Source: Deltaproteobacteria bacterium (lineage in GTDB: Bacteria; Desulfobacterota; Syntrophia; Syntrophales; UBA2210). Taken from it: DNA of 64,000 nt. The stretch lies in contig JAFGBH010000008.1 in NCBI GenBank assembly GCA_016933215.1, forward strand, positions 52,854 to 116,853. The letters run 5' to 3'. This document shows positions 15,744 to 26,021 of the stretch, one piece after another; positions within the stretch are counted from its first letter, which is position 1; the number at the start of each line of letters is the position of its first letter. The position numbers and the translations under genes were made by a program. The notes beneath the pieces are model-generated. The model had not been told where the DNA came from and ran no database searches. It saw only the letters and a program-made list of their open reading frames with translations.

Positions 15744-17471
15744 ATGGTGCGAATGACTGTAAAACCAAAAACGGCCTTCATTATAATTGTTGTTACGATT
15801 ACCTTTATAATCTCATGCGCCTGTTTTCCCGAGGGTCAGATGAAACTGGAAGCAGCCCAGGAAGGCGAAGGAACCTTCAACAGATACTACCATTATTCTC
15901 TTGCCACGCTCTATACGCTGAACGGTGAGATAGATAAGGCCATAAATGAATATATAAAAATTCTTCGCTTTGACCAGACATCTGTTGAACTGAGGCTTGA
16001 ACTCGCATCACTCCATGTCAGGAAGGGAGAAAAGGAAAAGGCAATAGCCGTATTGGAAAAATCGATCACTTACAACCCGGAAAACCTGGATTCTCACCTC
16101 TTGCTCGGTGGCCTCTACGGCAGTCTCAAGGAATTCGATAAGGCCATAAGGGAGTATGAAACGGTCATCGGAATCAATCCCGAAAAGCATGAGGCCTATC
16201 TCTTTCTCAGCATCTTTTTCCAGGAAGTCGGAAATCCGGACGAGGCCATCACTGTCCTCAAGAAACTCCTCACAATCTCACCAGATCATCTTATGGGGAG
16301 TTATTACCTGGCAAAGATATATTTAAAGATGGGGGCCGAGGACGACGCGGAGGAATGGCTCAAAAAGACCCTCGCACTGAAACCCGCCTTCGAATCAGCG
16401 GCCCTTGACCTGGGACATCTCTACGAGACACAGGAAAACAGTGATAAGGTAATAGAGACCTACAGGGAATTCATCCGGCTCAACCCCGAGGCTATACCAA
16501 TGAGGCTGCGACTGGGACAAATCTTTTTCAGGATGGAGAAATACGGTGAGGCGGAACGGGTGAGTCGGGAGGTACTGGAGATTGACGATTCCCAGATGGA
16601 TGCAAGATTTGCCCTGGGCCTTTCGCTGCTCTTTGCCGGGGAGAACCTTGACGGGGCCATAGACGAATTTCTCATTGTTTTGGAGAATAACCCCCAGAAT
16701 CACAAGGCTCGATTTTTCCTGGCATCGGCCTATGAAAAAATGAATAACTATTCCGGCGCGCTTCAGGAATTTGCACTCATTCCCGTGGATTCGGATCTCT
16801 ATGTCAACAGCCGAATCCACATGGGTTTCATTTTAAAAGAGGACGGCCGCATCGAAGAGGCCATCGAAATGCTGACAAATTGTATAGATACAAAGGGAAC
16901 CGAAGACGAGCTCTTTGGTTTTCTGGCTGCTCTCTACGAAGAGAACAACCAGCTCCACCGTGCTGAAGATATCCTCAAAAAAGGCCTTTCGGTTGTCCCC
17001 GCGAGCATCGATCTCCATTATAAACTCGGTGTCATCTATTCAAAGATGAAAAGAGATGAGGAGAGCCTGCAGGAGATGGAAGAGGTGCTTGCGATCGAAC
17101 CGGAGAATGCCGAAGCGCTCAATTTCATCGGCTACAGCTATGCCGACAGGGGAATCAAACTTGATGAGGCCGAAAGGATGATAAAGCGGGCTATGGAACT
17201 CAAGCCGGGTAACGGCTATATTATCGACAGCCTCGGCTGGGTCTATTACCGCCAGGATAAGATGGAGGAGGCCGTTAAATATCTCGAAGAGGCATTTCAT
17301 ATAACACCGAAAGATCCTACTATCGCCGAACATCTGGGAGAGGTATACGAAAAAACAGGAAAAAGGCAAGAGGCTCTCGAAATGTACAGAAAGGCCTTAG
17401 AGTTAAACCCAGAAAACGACAGCCTGAGAGAGAAGATTGACAAACTGACGGGCCAACCAGCGACGGAATGA
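15744..17471 (+). CDS. tetratricopeptide (TPR) repeat protein, membrane-anchored or lipoprotein
   Basis: Many TPR-like 34-aa units. Start moved to the ATG at 15744, because the upstream part of ORF 15513 translates the repeat element and overlaps the preceding gene. Confidence 0.75.
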   Translation: MVRMTVKPKTAFIIIVVTITFIISCACFPEGQMKLEAAQEGEGTFNRYYHYSLATLYTLNGEIDKAINEYIKILRFDQTSVELRLELASLHVRKGEKEKAIAVLEKSITYNPENLDSHLLLGGLYGSLKEFDKAIREYETVIGINPEKHEAYLFLSIFFQEVGNPDEAITVLKKLLTISPDHLMGSYYLAKIYLKMGAEDDAEEWLKKTLALKPAFESAALDLGHLYETQENSDKVIETYREFIRLNPEAIPMRLRLGQIFFRMEKYGEAERVSREVLEIDDSQMDARFALGLSLLFAGENLDGAIDEFLIVLENNPQNHKARFFLASAYEKMNNYSGALQEFALIPVDSDLYVNSRIHMGFILKEDGRIEEAIEMLTNCIDTKGTEDELFGFLAALYEENNQLHRAEDILKKGLSVVPASIDLHYKLGVIYSKMKRDEESLQEMEEVLAIEPENAEALNFIGYSYADRGIKLDEAERMIKRAMELKPGNGYIIDSLGWVYYRQDKMEEAVKYLEEAFHITPKDPTIAEHLGEVYEKTGKRQEALEMYRKALELNPENDSLREKIDKLTGQPATE

Positions 17472-18268
17472 AGAAAAAAGTCAGCCTCATCCTTTCAATC
17501 CTTTCGGTCATCGTTTTCATCACTTCCGGATGCACGCCCAAAAAAATACCTGACCTTGCCTTGAGACCGCTTCTTGATCCGGAAGTCGTCTTTGAAAAAA
17601 TATCCAGGCCCTCGGGGCATGACGCCTTCATAAAGGCCGAGGCGCATATTAGCCTTGATTCCCCCGACAGAAACTATTCGGGGAGGGTTGCCCTGGCAGT
17701 AAAGAAACCGTCCTCCCTGCGAATCGATGCGATACCCGCCTTTGGCCCTGCTGATTTTCTCCTTTCGGCAAACGAAAAGGAATTCAAGATCTTCATACCG
17801 GGCAGAAAAAAGTTTTACACCGGTGAATCATCGGGTAAAAACCTCTATCGTTTCTTTGGCATCCCCCTACCGGCAGATGAAACGGTATCTCTCCTTACAG
17901 GAACACCCCCACCTTTACCGGGAGAGAACATAAAACTTGAAGGATCCTGGGAGGGAAATCTGTATCGTATTGACATCAGATCGAGGGGGAAAAGGATACG
18001 ATCCATCTGGACAAGGCCCGATGCAGAGGAGATGGTCAGGATCGAAACCCTGAATGAAAACGGAACGGTTCTCTACACCGCATGGTTCGATGATTATATA
18101 CCGACAGGGGACGATACCTACCCGAAAACGATAAAAGTCGCCATGAAATTCCCCGTGTGGGCGCTCTTCAAGGTACACTATTCCGACATCGAAGTTTCAT
18201 CGGAGGGCGACATGTCACTCTTCAACCTTGTACCCCCTCCGGGCATAGAACCCACCGTTATTGATTAA
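17468..18268 (+). CDS. lipoprotein, LolB/DUF4292-like
   Basis: The lipobox 'FITSGC' follows a signal peptide. Family assignment is tentative. Confidence 0.5.
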   Translation: MKKKVSLILSILSVIVFITSGCTPKKIPDLALRPLLDPEVVFEKISRPSGHDAFIKAEAHISLDSPDRNYSGRVALAVKKPSSLRIDAIPAFGPADFLLSANEKEFKIFIPGRKKFYTGESSGKNLYRFFGIPLPADETVSLLTGTPPPLPGENIKLEGSWEGNLYRIDIRSRGKRIRSIWTRPDAEEMVRIETLNENGTVLYTAWFDDYIPTGDDTYPKTIKVAMKFPVWALFKVHYSDIEVSSEGDMSLFNLVPPPGIEPTVID

Positions 18269-18302
18269 TCCCTTAATTTTGTTGCAGATTGAAATGAGAT
18301 AG

Positions 18303-18427
18303 ATTCGAAATTCGGATATCGTAAACCGAATACCGTAAACCGTTTTCCGCATTTCGATTTTCGATTTACGTTTTACGATTTCCGATATACGTTCTACGAA
18401 TTTCGATTTACGGATTACGGTTACCCG
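18303..18427. repeat. degenerate CGTAA/TTCG-rich short tandem repeats
   Basis: Reiterated cgtaaac, tttcgattt, tacg and ttacgg units. Shares the 13-mer cgaatttcgattt with 32681..32740. Confidence 0.65.
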
Positions 18428-18435
18428 AAGCCACC

Positions 18436-18475
18436 AGAAAAAATTCCCCTGGGCTTAGCCCAGGGGAATTTTTAG
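18436..18475. terminator. bidirectional rho-independent terminator
   Basis: Perfect 13-bp stem aattcccctgggc-tta-gcccaggggaatt, flanked by an A-run and a T-run, between convergent genes. Confidence 0.8.
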
Positions 18476-18514
18476 CTGCCAGCAATTGTTGATAGGACGT
18501 GGTCGTAACGTCCG

Positions 18515-19315
18515 CTACTTGATATCGACCAGCTTTGATCTCGCGATCCTCGCTGCGTTCGTATTCGGATATTCCTTAATTACCCTCTGCAGGAGAAGCT
18601 TTGAGCTCGACTTGTCATCAAGCTTCAGAAAGGAGAGGGCCTGTTTTAAAAGCGCATTGGGGACCTTGTTGCCGTCCGGATAATTCTGGACCACCTTCTC
18701 GTATTCGAGTATGGCTTTCTCGTATTGCTCTTCGAAGTAAAAGCACTCACCGATCCAGAACTGCGCATTATCTGAATACTCGGTATCTGAGAACGACCTC
18801 AGAAATTCACCGAATTTCTCCCTTGCAGCACTATAGTTGCCGTCTTTGAATGTTCGGTATGCCTCTGAATAAATCTGTTCCTTGTCTGAACTTTTCTTGA
18901 GAGGGGTTTCTCCCGTTTCATTTGGTGTGGCCGTTTCCTTCTTCTCTATGCCACAATAGTTTTCTAAAATGGCCACTCTCACTTCAACATCATCTAAATC
19001 GTCACTGAGCGTCTTCAGCTTCTCACCGCCATAGCCTGTCTCAAGATTCTCTGCTTTTATCCCTAACTCTTCTGTAATCCCCCGCAACTCCTGGATCTTC
19101 TGTCTCAAATCAATGATATCCGCACCCATATCGGCCTGATTTTTTCTCACTGCTTTTCCCGATTCTTTATCGGTCTGAATGGTCTTCTCAAGCTCGGAAA
19201 AATCCTTCTGAAGTGCAAAAACATTCATCTTAATAATATTAACATCGTCCTGTGTTGCGCAACCGGCAATAGAAAGGACAGACAGAATCACTATGAGGAT
19301 TAAAGACTTTTTCAA
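18515..19315 (-). CDS. cpoB: Tol-Pal system protein CpoB/YbgF
   Basis: Lipoprotein-type signal, coiled-coil region and C-terminal TPR 'YSEAYRTFKDGNYSAAREKFGEFL...AQFWIGECFY'. Last gene of the tol-pal cluster. Confidence 0.85.
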   Translation of the reverse strand: MKKSLILIVILSVLSIAGCATQDDVNIIKMNVFALQKDFSELEKTIQTDKESGKAVRKNQADMGADIIDLRQKIQELRGITEELGIKAENLETGYGGEKLKTLSDDLDDVEVRVAILENYCGIEKKETATPNETGETPLKKSSDKEQIYSEAYRTFKDGNYSAAREKFGEFLRSFSDTEYSDNAQFWIGECFYFEEQYEKAILEYEKVVQNYPDGNKVPNALLKQALSFLKLDDKSSSKLLLQRVIKEYPNTNAARIARSKLVDIK

Positions 19316-19339
19316 CGTACTGAAGCTCCCTTGTTACTG

Positions 19340-19906
19340 TTATTTTTTTGAAAAGACGACGAAATGATCTCTTCTGTTTTTGGCCCACGCCTCTTCGTTA
19401 CTTGCCGGATCCATAGGAAGTTCTTCGCCGTAGCTTATCGTGGTTATTTTCATCGTATCGACACCTAGGTTCGTAAGATAGGCCTTTGCCGCCTCTGCAC
19501 GTCGTTCTCCCAGGGCGAGGTTGTATTCCGTGGTTCCCCTCTCGTCGCAGTGCCCTTCGATGGTTACCTCAAAGTCCTGATTTGCATTGAGCCAGTCGGC
19601 AAGTTTCGAAAGGACGCCTCTCGCTTCAGGACTGAGATCATACTTATCGAAGGCAAATCTAATGTCTTTAAAAGAATCCGCCTCGGCAAGCAATTTTTCC
19701 TGTAACATCTGCTCTTCTAATGCCGCCTTTTCTGCCGCCAGGGCTGCCGCTTCTGCTGCTGCCGCTGCCTTATCCTGTTCCGCCTGTGTGGCTGCCGTAT
19801 CCTTCATGATTTGCGTCTCTGGAGTTTTCGCACACCCCGTTATAAAAACAAAAGAAAAACTGCAAATAAGTACCAGCGCCCCTATAATAAAAATATTTCT
19901 TTTCAT
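19340..19906 (-). CDS. pal: peptidoglycan-associated lipoprotein Pal (OmpA-like domain)
   Basis: Lipobox 'ITGCA'. 'IRFAFDKYDLS', 'IEGHCDERGTTEYNLALGERRA'. Confidence 0.9.
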   Translation of the reverse strand: MKRNIFIIGALVLICSFSFVFITGCAKTPETQIMKDTAATQAEQDKAAAAAEAAALAAEKAALEEQMLQEKLLAEADSFKDIRFAFDKYDLSPEARGVLSKLADWLNANQDFEVTIEGHCDERGTTEYNLALGERRAEAAKAYLTNLGVDTMKITTISYGEELPMDPASNEEAWAKNRRDHFVVFSKK

Positions 19907-19968
19907 CAGATGTTCCTCCTCTCAAGAATTTAAGTACAGTGAATTTTTAAATCATAAGACAATAAACG

Positions 19969-21297
19969 TCAATATAAATTTAGATGGGGAGACCAGGACG
20001 GACTCTCTAATGATTGAATCCCTTCTATTTCATCCAGAACCCGCAAATTCAAACCGTTGGAATTTACTATACAGATTCTCCGCTCCTGTCCTATTTTCGA
20101 ACTGAAGGCCAGGTATCGTCCGTCGGGCGACCAGCACGGGTCCTCCGCTCCCCCTCTCTCGAAGGTAATCTGCATGGCGTTATTGCCGTCCTCGTCGATG
20201 GTGAAAAGCTGGAAGCTACCATTGGAACTTCCCTCATATACTATCTTTTTCCCCTTGGGTGACCACGCGGGTGAGGTGTTATACGAACCCTCAAAGGTCA
20301 GTCTCCTGGCATTCTTTCCTTCGGCATCCATTATGAAAACCTGGGGAGAACCCGAGCGATTCGATACAAAGGCAATGCTTTTATCGTCGGGAGACCAGCT
20401 TGGGGACACATCGATGGAAGGATCGTTTGTAAGGCGCTCAAGCTTACCGTTTTCAATAGTAATAGTGTAGATCTCCTCGTTTCCTTCCTTGCTGAGGACA
20501 AGCAGGGCCTTCTCTCCATGAGCTGACCAGGGACCAGACAAGTTAAGCCCCACATATTCAGACGTTCTCTTTACCTTCCCGTTTCGAAGGTCCACGATAT
20601 AATAATCGGGATTGTTCCGAAGATATGAGGTGAGTGATATTCTATTGGCGTCAGGTGACCAGTGGGGAAGAAGTGAAAGCGATTTGAAGTTTGTAATTTT
20701 CTGAAGATCGGTCCCATCAAAGTTTACCGTGTATATTTCCGATTCATTTCCTCTTTTACCCACAAATGCGATCTTTGTATCGAAAACTCCCCTCTCTCCC
20801 GTGAGGGCGTGAAGAATCTCACCGACAAATCTGAGCATCATCGCTTTTTTTTCTTCAATTTTTCCCCAGTACTTTTTTCCCGTGATGAGCTTCCCTTCCA
20901 CCACATCAAAGAGCCGAAACTCCACCGAAAGCTTCTTCCCGTCATAATTGAAACCACCCTTGATCAGGAAATCTGCACCCACGACCGACCAGTCGGAAAA
21001 CTTTGTCTCCTCCGCCGTTATTCCCGCACTGTTCGGATCTTCGAGAAAGGCCCCCTTCTCTATCATCCTGAAATATCCGGTAATATCAAGTGCTGAAGAC
21101 AGATGCTCTGAGAACCAGCGGGAGAGACCTTCCCTGTCCTCACTCGTCCCCATATTCCTGAAGTCGGGAATCGCCGTGGGAAATTGCTGGAATGCCGGTG
21201 AATCGATATCGATATAGACCTTTCCCCAGGCCGGAAGGCACAGGAAAAGGGTAAAAAAAACGACAAGAAGTCCCTTAAAAGCGCGCATTATTCTCAC
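19969..21297 (-). CDS. tolB: Tol-Pal system beta-propeller protein TolB
   Basis: Repeated 'SP.WSPDG' propeller blades. Lies between tolA and pal. Confidence 0.9.
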   Translation of the reverse strand: MRIMRAFKGLLVVFFTLFLCLPAWGKVYIDIDSPAFQQFPTAIPDFRNMGTSEDREGLSRWFSEHLSSALDITGYFRMIEKGAFLEDPNSAGITAEETKFSDWSVVGADFLIKGGFNYDGKKLSVEFRLFDVVEGKLITGKKYWGKIEEKKAMMLRFVGEILHALTGERGVFDTKIAFVGKRGNESEIYTVNFDGTDLQKITNFKSLSLLPHWSPDANRISLTSYLRNNPDYYIVDLRNGKVKRTSEYVGLNLSGPWSAHGEKALLVLSKEGNEEIYTITIENGKLERLTNDPSIDVSPSWSPDDKSIAFVSNRSGSPQVFIMDAEGKNARRLTFEGSYNTSPAWSPKGKKIVYEGSSNGSFQLFTIDEDGNNAMQITFERGGAEDPCWSPDGRYLAFSSKIGQERRICIVNSNGLNLRVLDEIEGIQSLESPSWSPHLNLY

Positions 21298-21298
21298 T

Positions 21299-22042
21299 CT
21301 ACCTCAGTTCTGACGAATGGAATCTCACTCCCACTTCGATATAGTTATCTTTAATCCATTCCGGCAGGGGGGAAAATGGGCTCGCCTTTCTGATCGCCTT
21401 GATGGCCGATTCATCAAAGTGTTTATTTCCCGATTCCTTTTCAAACCCTACATCTTCCACCGTTCCGTCCCTCAATATCTTTGCGTCGATGACGGCGACC
21501 AGATTTTCATCTGGCAGGATACCTTCGGGCAGAACCCATTGCTCCTTGACTCTGTACCAGATGTGGGAATAGTAGAGCCGCATGTTCATATTCATCTCCA
21601 CATGCCCCCGGGATGCGACCGCGGACGAAGATGTCCCCTCTTTCGAAGAGAGAACCTTATTCTTGATACCGTCAATCGCCTTGCCTACTTCACCCGAGGA
21701 CTCTGTCTTGCCGGGTTCTATCTTACGGGTTTTCGTCTTCTCGATCGAAATCGGCCGTATTGTATCGGTATTCTTTTTTATTACAGAAGAATGCTCCCCT
21801 GAATTAATGCCAATTATCTTTCCGGAGACCGGCCTGTCATAACCTGCCTCAACGGAACTCAGCGGGACACTTACCAGATCGACGTCATAGACGGGCCCGA
21901 AGGTCCACTTTGGCGTGGGCCATGAGGGAGAGAAGAGTATAATAGAGAGAACAAGTGCGTGGAGAAGAAAAGAAAGGACGATCATGTTATTCAGGCCAAC
22001 ACCATCTTCATGCCTTCTTTTTCCGGCGCTGATAAAAGTCAT
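21299..22042 (-). CDS. tolA: TolA-like protein with TonB-family C-terminal domain
   Basis: N-terminal TM anchor and a TonB_C-like C-terminus ('AIKAIRKASPFSPLP'). Position after tolR supports the call. Confidence 0.7.
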   Translation of the reverse strand: MTFISAGKRRHEDGVGLNNMIVLSFLLHALVLSIILFSPSWPTPKWTFGPVYDVDLVSVPLSSVEAGYDRPVSGKIIGINSGEHSSVIKKNTDTIRPISIEKTKTRKIEPGKTESSGEVGKAIDGIKNKVLSSKEGTSSSAVASRGHVEMNMNMRLYYSHIWYRVKEQWVLPEGILPDENLVAVIDAKILRDGTVEDVGFEKESGNKHFDESAIKAIRKASPFSPLPEWIKDNYIEVGVRFHSSELR

Positions 22043-22044
22043 GG

Positions 22045-22464
22045 CTAATCCTTCGGCGGTTCGGTAATCATTCCCAGCTTGTCAACACCTGCCTTCCTCA
22101 CCTCGGACATGACTTTCACTACAAAGCCGTACGGTACCTTCTCATCGGCTCGCATGAAGATTTCCCTGTCTATCCTGCTTTCAAAGATATTCTCGAGCTT
22201 TGATTTCAGATCATCAAGGGAAGCCTTATATCTATTGATATAGATTTCTTCATTACTTTTTATTGTGAGAATGAGTTTTTCTTCCCCCACGTCGACACTT
22301 TTTGCCTTTACCCTGGGGAGATTCACATCTATCCCCATCTGGAGCATCGGGGCCGTTACCATAAAAATTATCAGGAGTACCAATATTACATCGACGAGGG
22401 GCGTGACGTTAATATCGGATACGGGCTGTTTATCGTTGTTTCTACGTCCTCTACCGATGCTCAT
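22045..22464 (-). CDS. tolR: biopolymer transport protein TolR/ExbD
   Basis: 'DINVTPLVDVILVLLIIFMV' is the ExbD/TolR signature. Confidence 0.85.
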   Translation of the reverse strand: MSIGRGRRNNDKQPVSDINVTPLVDVILVLLIIFMVTAPMLQMGIDVNLPRVKAKSVDVGEEKLILTIKSNEEIYINRYKASLDDLKSKLENIFESRIDREIFMRADEKVPYGFVVKVMSEVRKAGVDKLGMITEPPKD

Positions 22465-23219
22465 TTTCGTACACTTCTCACGTAATATCTCTCTACAATA
22501 TTAAGAAATTCCGAGGCAAAGCTGTTCGCCTCTCCTGTCATCGTCTTAACCTTATTAATATAATAATTATAAAATATTACAGCAGGAATTGCCGCTGCCA
22601 GACCCGCGGCGGTGGCGATCAGGGCCTCCGAAATCCCGGGGGCCACCACGGCCAGTGTGGCCGAGCCTCTCACACCGATTCCCCTGAATGCATTCATGAT
22701 GCCCCATACCGTTCCAAACAATCCTATAAAAGGGCTTGCACTTCCCGTAGTTGCCAGAAAGCCGAGAGCACTCTCCAGTTTTGTTGTCTCACTATCACAG
22801 GCCCTGTTCAAGGCCCTTTCAACATTGTCCAATCCGCGCAGTTCGGGGGAAGAGGGATCGTCCGTCGAATCCTCGCCGGGGTTGGAGTCTCTTTTAATCC
22901 CGGAGACTTTCGCAAGTTCCGTATACCCCGCCCTGAAAACCTCTGCTATCTGGGAATGCTTGAACTTCTTCGACTCGGGGTAAACCTCCGATAATTTATT
23001 AATCCTCATATAGGTGTCTAAAAACATCTCATTTTCTTTTTTCGATTTTTTTATAATCCTGTATTTCATAAGGATAATGGCCCAGGAAACCACCGAAAAG
23101 AACAGGAGCAGAAGGAGTACAAACTGGACCATAGGTCCGGAGTCGAATATCATATCGAGCACGTTACCGTGAAAATGTCTTCCTAAATCCGTCGTTGTGA
23201 CAGCCAAAGCTTCATTCAC
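22461..23219 (-). CDS. tolQ: proton channel protein TolQ (MotA/TolQ/ExbB family)
   Basis: 'LATTGSASPFIGLFGTVWGIM' and 'VAPGISEALIATAAGL' motifs. Confidence 0.85.
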   Translation of the reverse strand: MNEALAVTTTDLGRHFHGNVLDMIFDSGPMVQFVLLLLLFFSVVSWAIILMKYRIIKKSKKENEMFLDTYMRINKLSEVYPESKKFKHSQIAEVFRAGYTELAKVSGIKRDSNPGEDSTDDPSSPELRGLDNVERALNRACDSETTKLESALGFLATTGSASPFIGLFGTVWGIMNAFRGIGVRGSATLAVVAPGISEALIATAAGLAAAIPAVIFYNYYINKVKTMTGEANSFASEFLNIVERYYVRSVRK

Positions 23220-23343
23220 TTTTTCTCTCCTCTGTTCGCTGAATTATAGTTAAGGTCTTGTAGTGTAAATTCCTATCAATGTCAATACGTCATTTGGACA
23301 ATCACCCTGTCAAACTTCTTTAACGTGCTGGTTTAAAAAGCCT

Positions 23344-25254
23344 TTAATTTTCCAGGCGTACCTTTTGGCTATAGTATGATGAATTTTCCCCCATATCAGT
23401 AAGGAGGGCCTCAATAAGCCGATTTACCCCCCCGCCATATTTTATCCAGTCGCCCCGCCGGCAAATCACCGCCTCGTGATGAAGGTCTGGAAGAGTCTTG
23501 AGATCGACCCTCAGCCTCCCCAGAGGTGAAACGAGAAAAACGTTTTTCCTACGGTCAATATTCCTTAAAAGAGGGTTGTCGGAGGCGATCCAGATCGTGG
23601 GCACCCTGTTTTGTTTTTCCGGGGCGATCTGGGAGTGGATTGCCCCTCGCCTGAGAAGACTCAGGAGTCTCAGGGGAAATTCCGGTGGTAACCCTTCATC
23701 TCCATGAATTTCCTCCGGGAAGTGATACTTCTCATCGGGATGATCAAACTTCATTCCCTCGTAGGCGATTAAGGGTCTCTCGGCCCGCAGGAATCCCCTT
23801 TCTTTCAGTTCATCGAGAGAAATATTGAGATAGGGCGAATCGAGCGACAGCCTCAAAATATCCTCCCTTTCGGGCAGAAAAACGGCGGGATGTAATCTCG
23901 CGCCCAGTTCGGAAAGGATAGAAAAATCATCTTTTGCCTCGGCGGGAGGTTCAAAAAGCGGCATCGCATAGTGGACATAATCGTGCATGAAAGAACCGAC
24001 GATATCCTCCTTCTCGAAGGGAAGCAGGCAGGGAAGAAATATATCTGCCATCTCTGCCGTATCGGTCATGAATGCATCGACAACAACTGTGCAATCGACC
24101 GCATCAAAGGCCTTGATTATGGCGAGAGAATCGGGCGCCTGATTAACCACATTGAATCCATTGACCCATATCATTCTGATGGGAGGGTCCGTGGCCTCTA
24201 TAATACTTTTACCGATCAGGGGCTCGGGAAAGTATCGCCGCTCCTTCTCATCGGGGCCTTGCGACCATTCGATGTTAACATTTCTGAGAGAGGAAATGTT
24301 ATAGTAGCTTCCCCCGCCAGACCTGCCGATATTTCCCGAGATCATGGCGAGCGCATTGATAAACCGTACGTTTTCACCGCCACCGCGATACCGCTGGAGA
24401 CCCCATCCCAGAAGGGTTGCGACAGAATCTTCTCCTGAATAAAAATCATAAAGCGTCTCGATTGCATCCACTGGAACACCGCAGGCCGAAGACAGCTCAT
24501 CAATGGAATTCCGTACTATCAGGTCCCGAAAGTGAGGCCACCCCTTGGTCTTCCCTATGATATCGCTCTCGATCCTTTCCCTCTCTATAAAGAGACGTAT
24601 CACGGAGGCGGCGAGAAATCTGTCGGTCCCCGGCCGTATCCGTATAACGATATCGGAAAAGGGGCGGTTCCCGTCACCACCGGGAGATATCGTCAGGACC
24701 TGTGCCCCCTTTTCTCGTGCCCTTTTAACAAAAGAGGCCGTGTGGATCGAGGAACGGGAGAGATCCTTCCCCCAGTTCACGATCCTCTTTGCATTCGCGA
24801 TATTGCGTATATCGTTGCTGTCGAGGGAGCCGAAATCGGAAACACAGGCGGCAATTCCCGCGGAGTCACAGATGGAACCGCAGGTCGTACTCGCCCCCAA
24901 CTTAGAAAAAAAGAGATCGGTGGCACGCCGCATGACGCCGATTGAACCATTTCCGGGCAGATGCAAAATCGACAAGGGATTATCACGATAGTTCTGGATT
25001 TTTTCGGCACAGAGATCGAGGGCCTCTTCCCATCCTACAGAGTGCCAGCTATTGCCTCTCCGCACCATGGGGGTTGTAATGCGGTCGGGGCTTCTCAGCC
25101 TTTCGACGAATTTCTTCACCTTTGCACAGGTGAAACCCTGCGTTATGGGATGACGGGGATTCCCCCTGATGCTGGGATTACCGGTCCCATCATCTTCCAA
25201 CCATACTGAGCAGGCATCGGTACAGTCATACTGACATACGGAGATTTTTTTCAC
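23344..25254 (-). CDS. molybdopterin-dependent oxidoreductase family protein
   Basis: N-terminal Cys cluster 'CQYDCTDAC...C' of the 4Fe-4S Mo/W bis-MGD type. Size and central motifs fit the Molybdopterin/Molydop_binding architecture. Substrate unknown. Confidence 0.7.
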   Translation of the reverse strand: MKKISVCQYDCTDACSVWLEDDGTGNPSIRGNPRHPITQGFTCAKVKKFVERLRSPDRITTPMVRRGNSWHSVGWEEALDLCAEKIQNYRDNPLSILHLPGNGSIGVMRRATDLFFSKLGASTTCGSICDSAGIAACVSDFGSLDSNDIRNIANAKRIVNWGKDLSRSSIHTASFVKRAREKGAQVLTISPGGDGNRPFSDIVIRIRPGTDRFLAASVIRLFIERERIESDIIGKTKGWPHFRDLIVRNSIDELSSACGVPVDAIETLYDFYSGEDSVATLLGWGLQRYRGGGENVRFINALAMISGNIGRSGGGSYYNISSLRNVNIEWSQGPDEKERRYFPEPLIGKSIIEATDPPIRMIWVNGFNVVNQAPDSLAIIKAFDAVDCTVVVDAFMTDTAEMADIFLPCLLPFEKEDIVGSFMHDYVHYAMPLFEPPAEAKDDFSILSELGARLHPAVFLPEREDILRLSLDSPYLNISLDELKERGFLRAERPLIAYEGMKFDHPDEKYHFPEEIHGDEGLPPEFPLRLLSLLRRGAIHSQIAPEKQNRVPTIWIASDNPLLRNIDRRKNVFLVSPLGRLRVDLKTLPDLHHEAVICRRGDWIKYGGGVNRLIEALLTDMGENSSYYSQKVRLEN

Positions 25255-25401
25255 TCTAATAACTCAGAACCCTTATAAAACCGATTACAGACACAGATGA
25301 ACAATGTCTCGATTATATCGGAAATCAACTTTTTTTTCTTGAAAATTCATCTATTGCCCACTATTAATTTACGATAACAGTCTTATTAAAGGAGAATATC
25401 C

Positions 25402-26016
25402 ATGAAAATAAAGACTGAAGAATCGTTCGCTTTGAAAAGGGGCGACGCCCTCATCGTCGTCGATCTACAGAATGACTTTCTTCCCGGAGGTGCCCTGGCG
25501 GTGCCAGAAGGGGACAGGATTATTTCACCCCTCAATGACATCATAAAAATATTTCAGGACAAAAATCTCCCCCTCTTCTTTACCCGTGACTGGCACCCGC
25601 CGCACCATTCCTCCTTTCTGGAAAGTGGCGGCAACTGGCCGGTCCACTGTGTGAAGGACACGGAAGGTGCGGCATTTGCTGCCGGGCTTACCATACCCGT
25701 GAGCGCCTCAATTATATCCAAGGCATCCGAGTCTGATACCGACGAATACTCGGGGCTGATGGGATTCGACGGCGACGGGAACAGGCTTGATGAGATCCTG
25801 AAAAGAGAAACCATCAGAAGGGTTGTGATCGGAGGACTTGCCACCGATTATTGCGTCCTCAATACGGTCCTCGATGCCCTCGATCTTGGATGCGAGGTCT
25901 ATGTTGTCACCGATGCGGTACGTGCCGTCAATGTCAAGCCCGGTGATGACACGAAGGCCATCCAGGATATGACTGATAAGGGCGCGCGGTTCGTATCATC
26001 AGAATCCATAGGGTAA
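25402..26016 (+). CDS. pncA: nicotinamidase/pyrazinamidase (isochorismatase family)
   Basis: 'ALIVVDLQNDFLPGGALAV', 'DWHP' and 'GLATDYCV'. Adjacent to pncB. Confidence 0.85.
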   Translation: MKIKTEESFALKRGDALIVVDLQNDFLPGGALAVPEGDRIISPLNDIIKIFQDKNLPLFFTRDWHPPHHSSFLESGGNWPVHCVKDTEGAAFAAGLTIPVSASIISKASESDTDEYSGLMGFDGDGNRLDEILKRETIRRVVIGGLATDYCVLNTVLDALDLGCEVYVVTDAVRAVNVKPGDDTKAIQDMTDKGARFVSSESIG

Positions 26017-26021
26017 TTACC

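Noticed and set aside
23344-25254. Possible selenocysteine in the molybdopterin oxidoreductase, given that the organism decodes Sec in selD.
   Set aside because: The ORF is uninterrupted from the N-terminal Fe-S Cys cluster to the C-terminus, with no in-frame TGA, so there is no evidence of recoding here.
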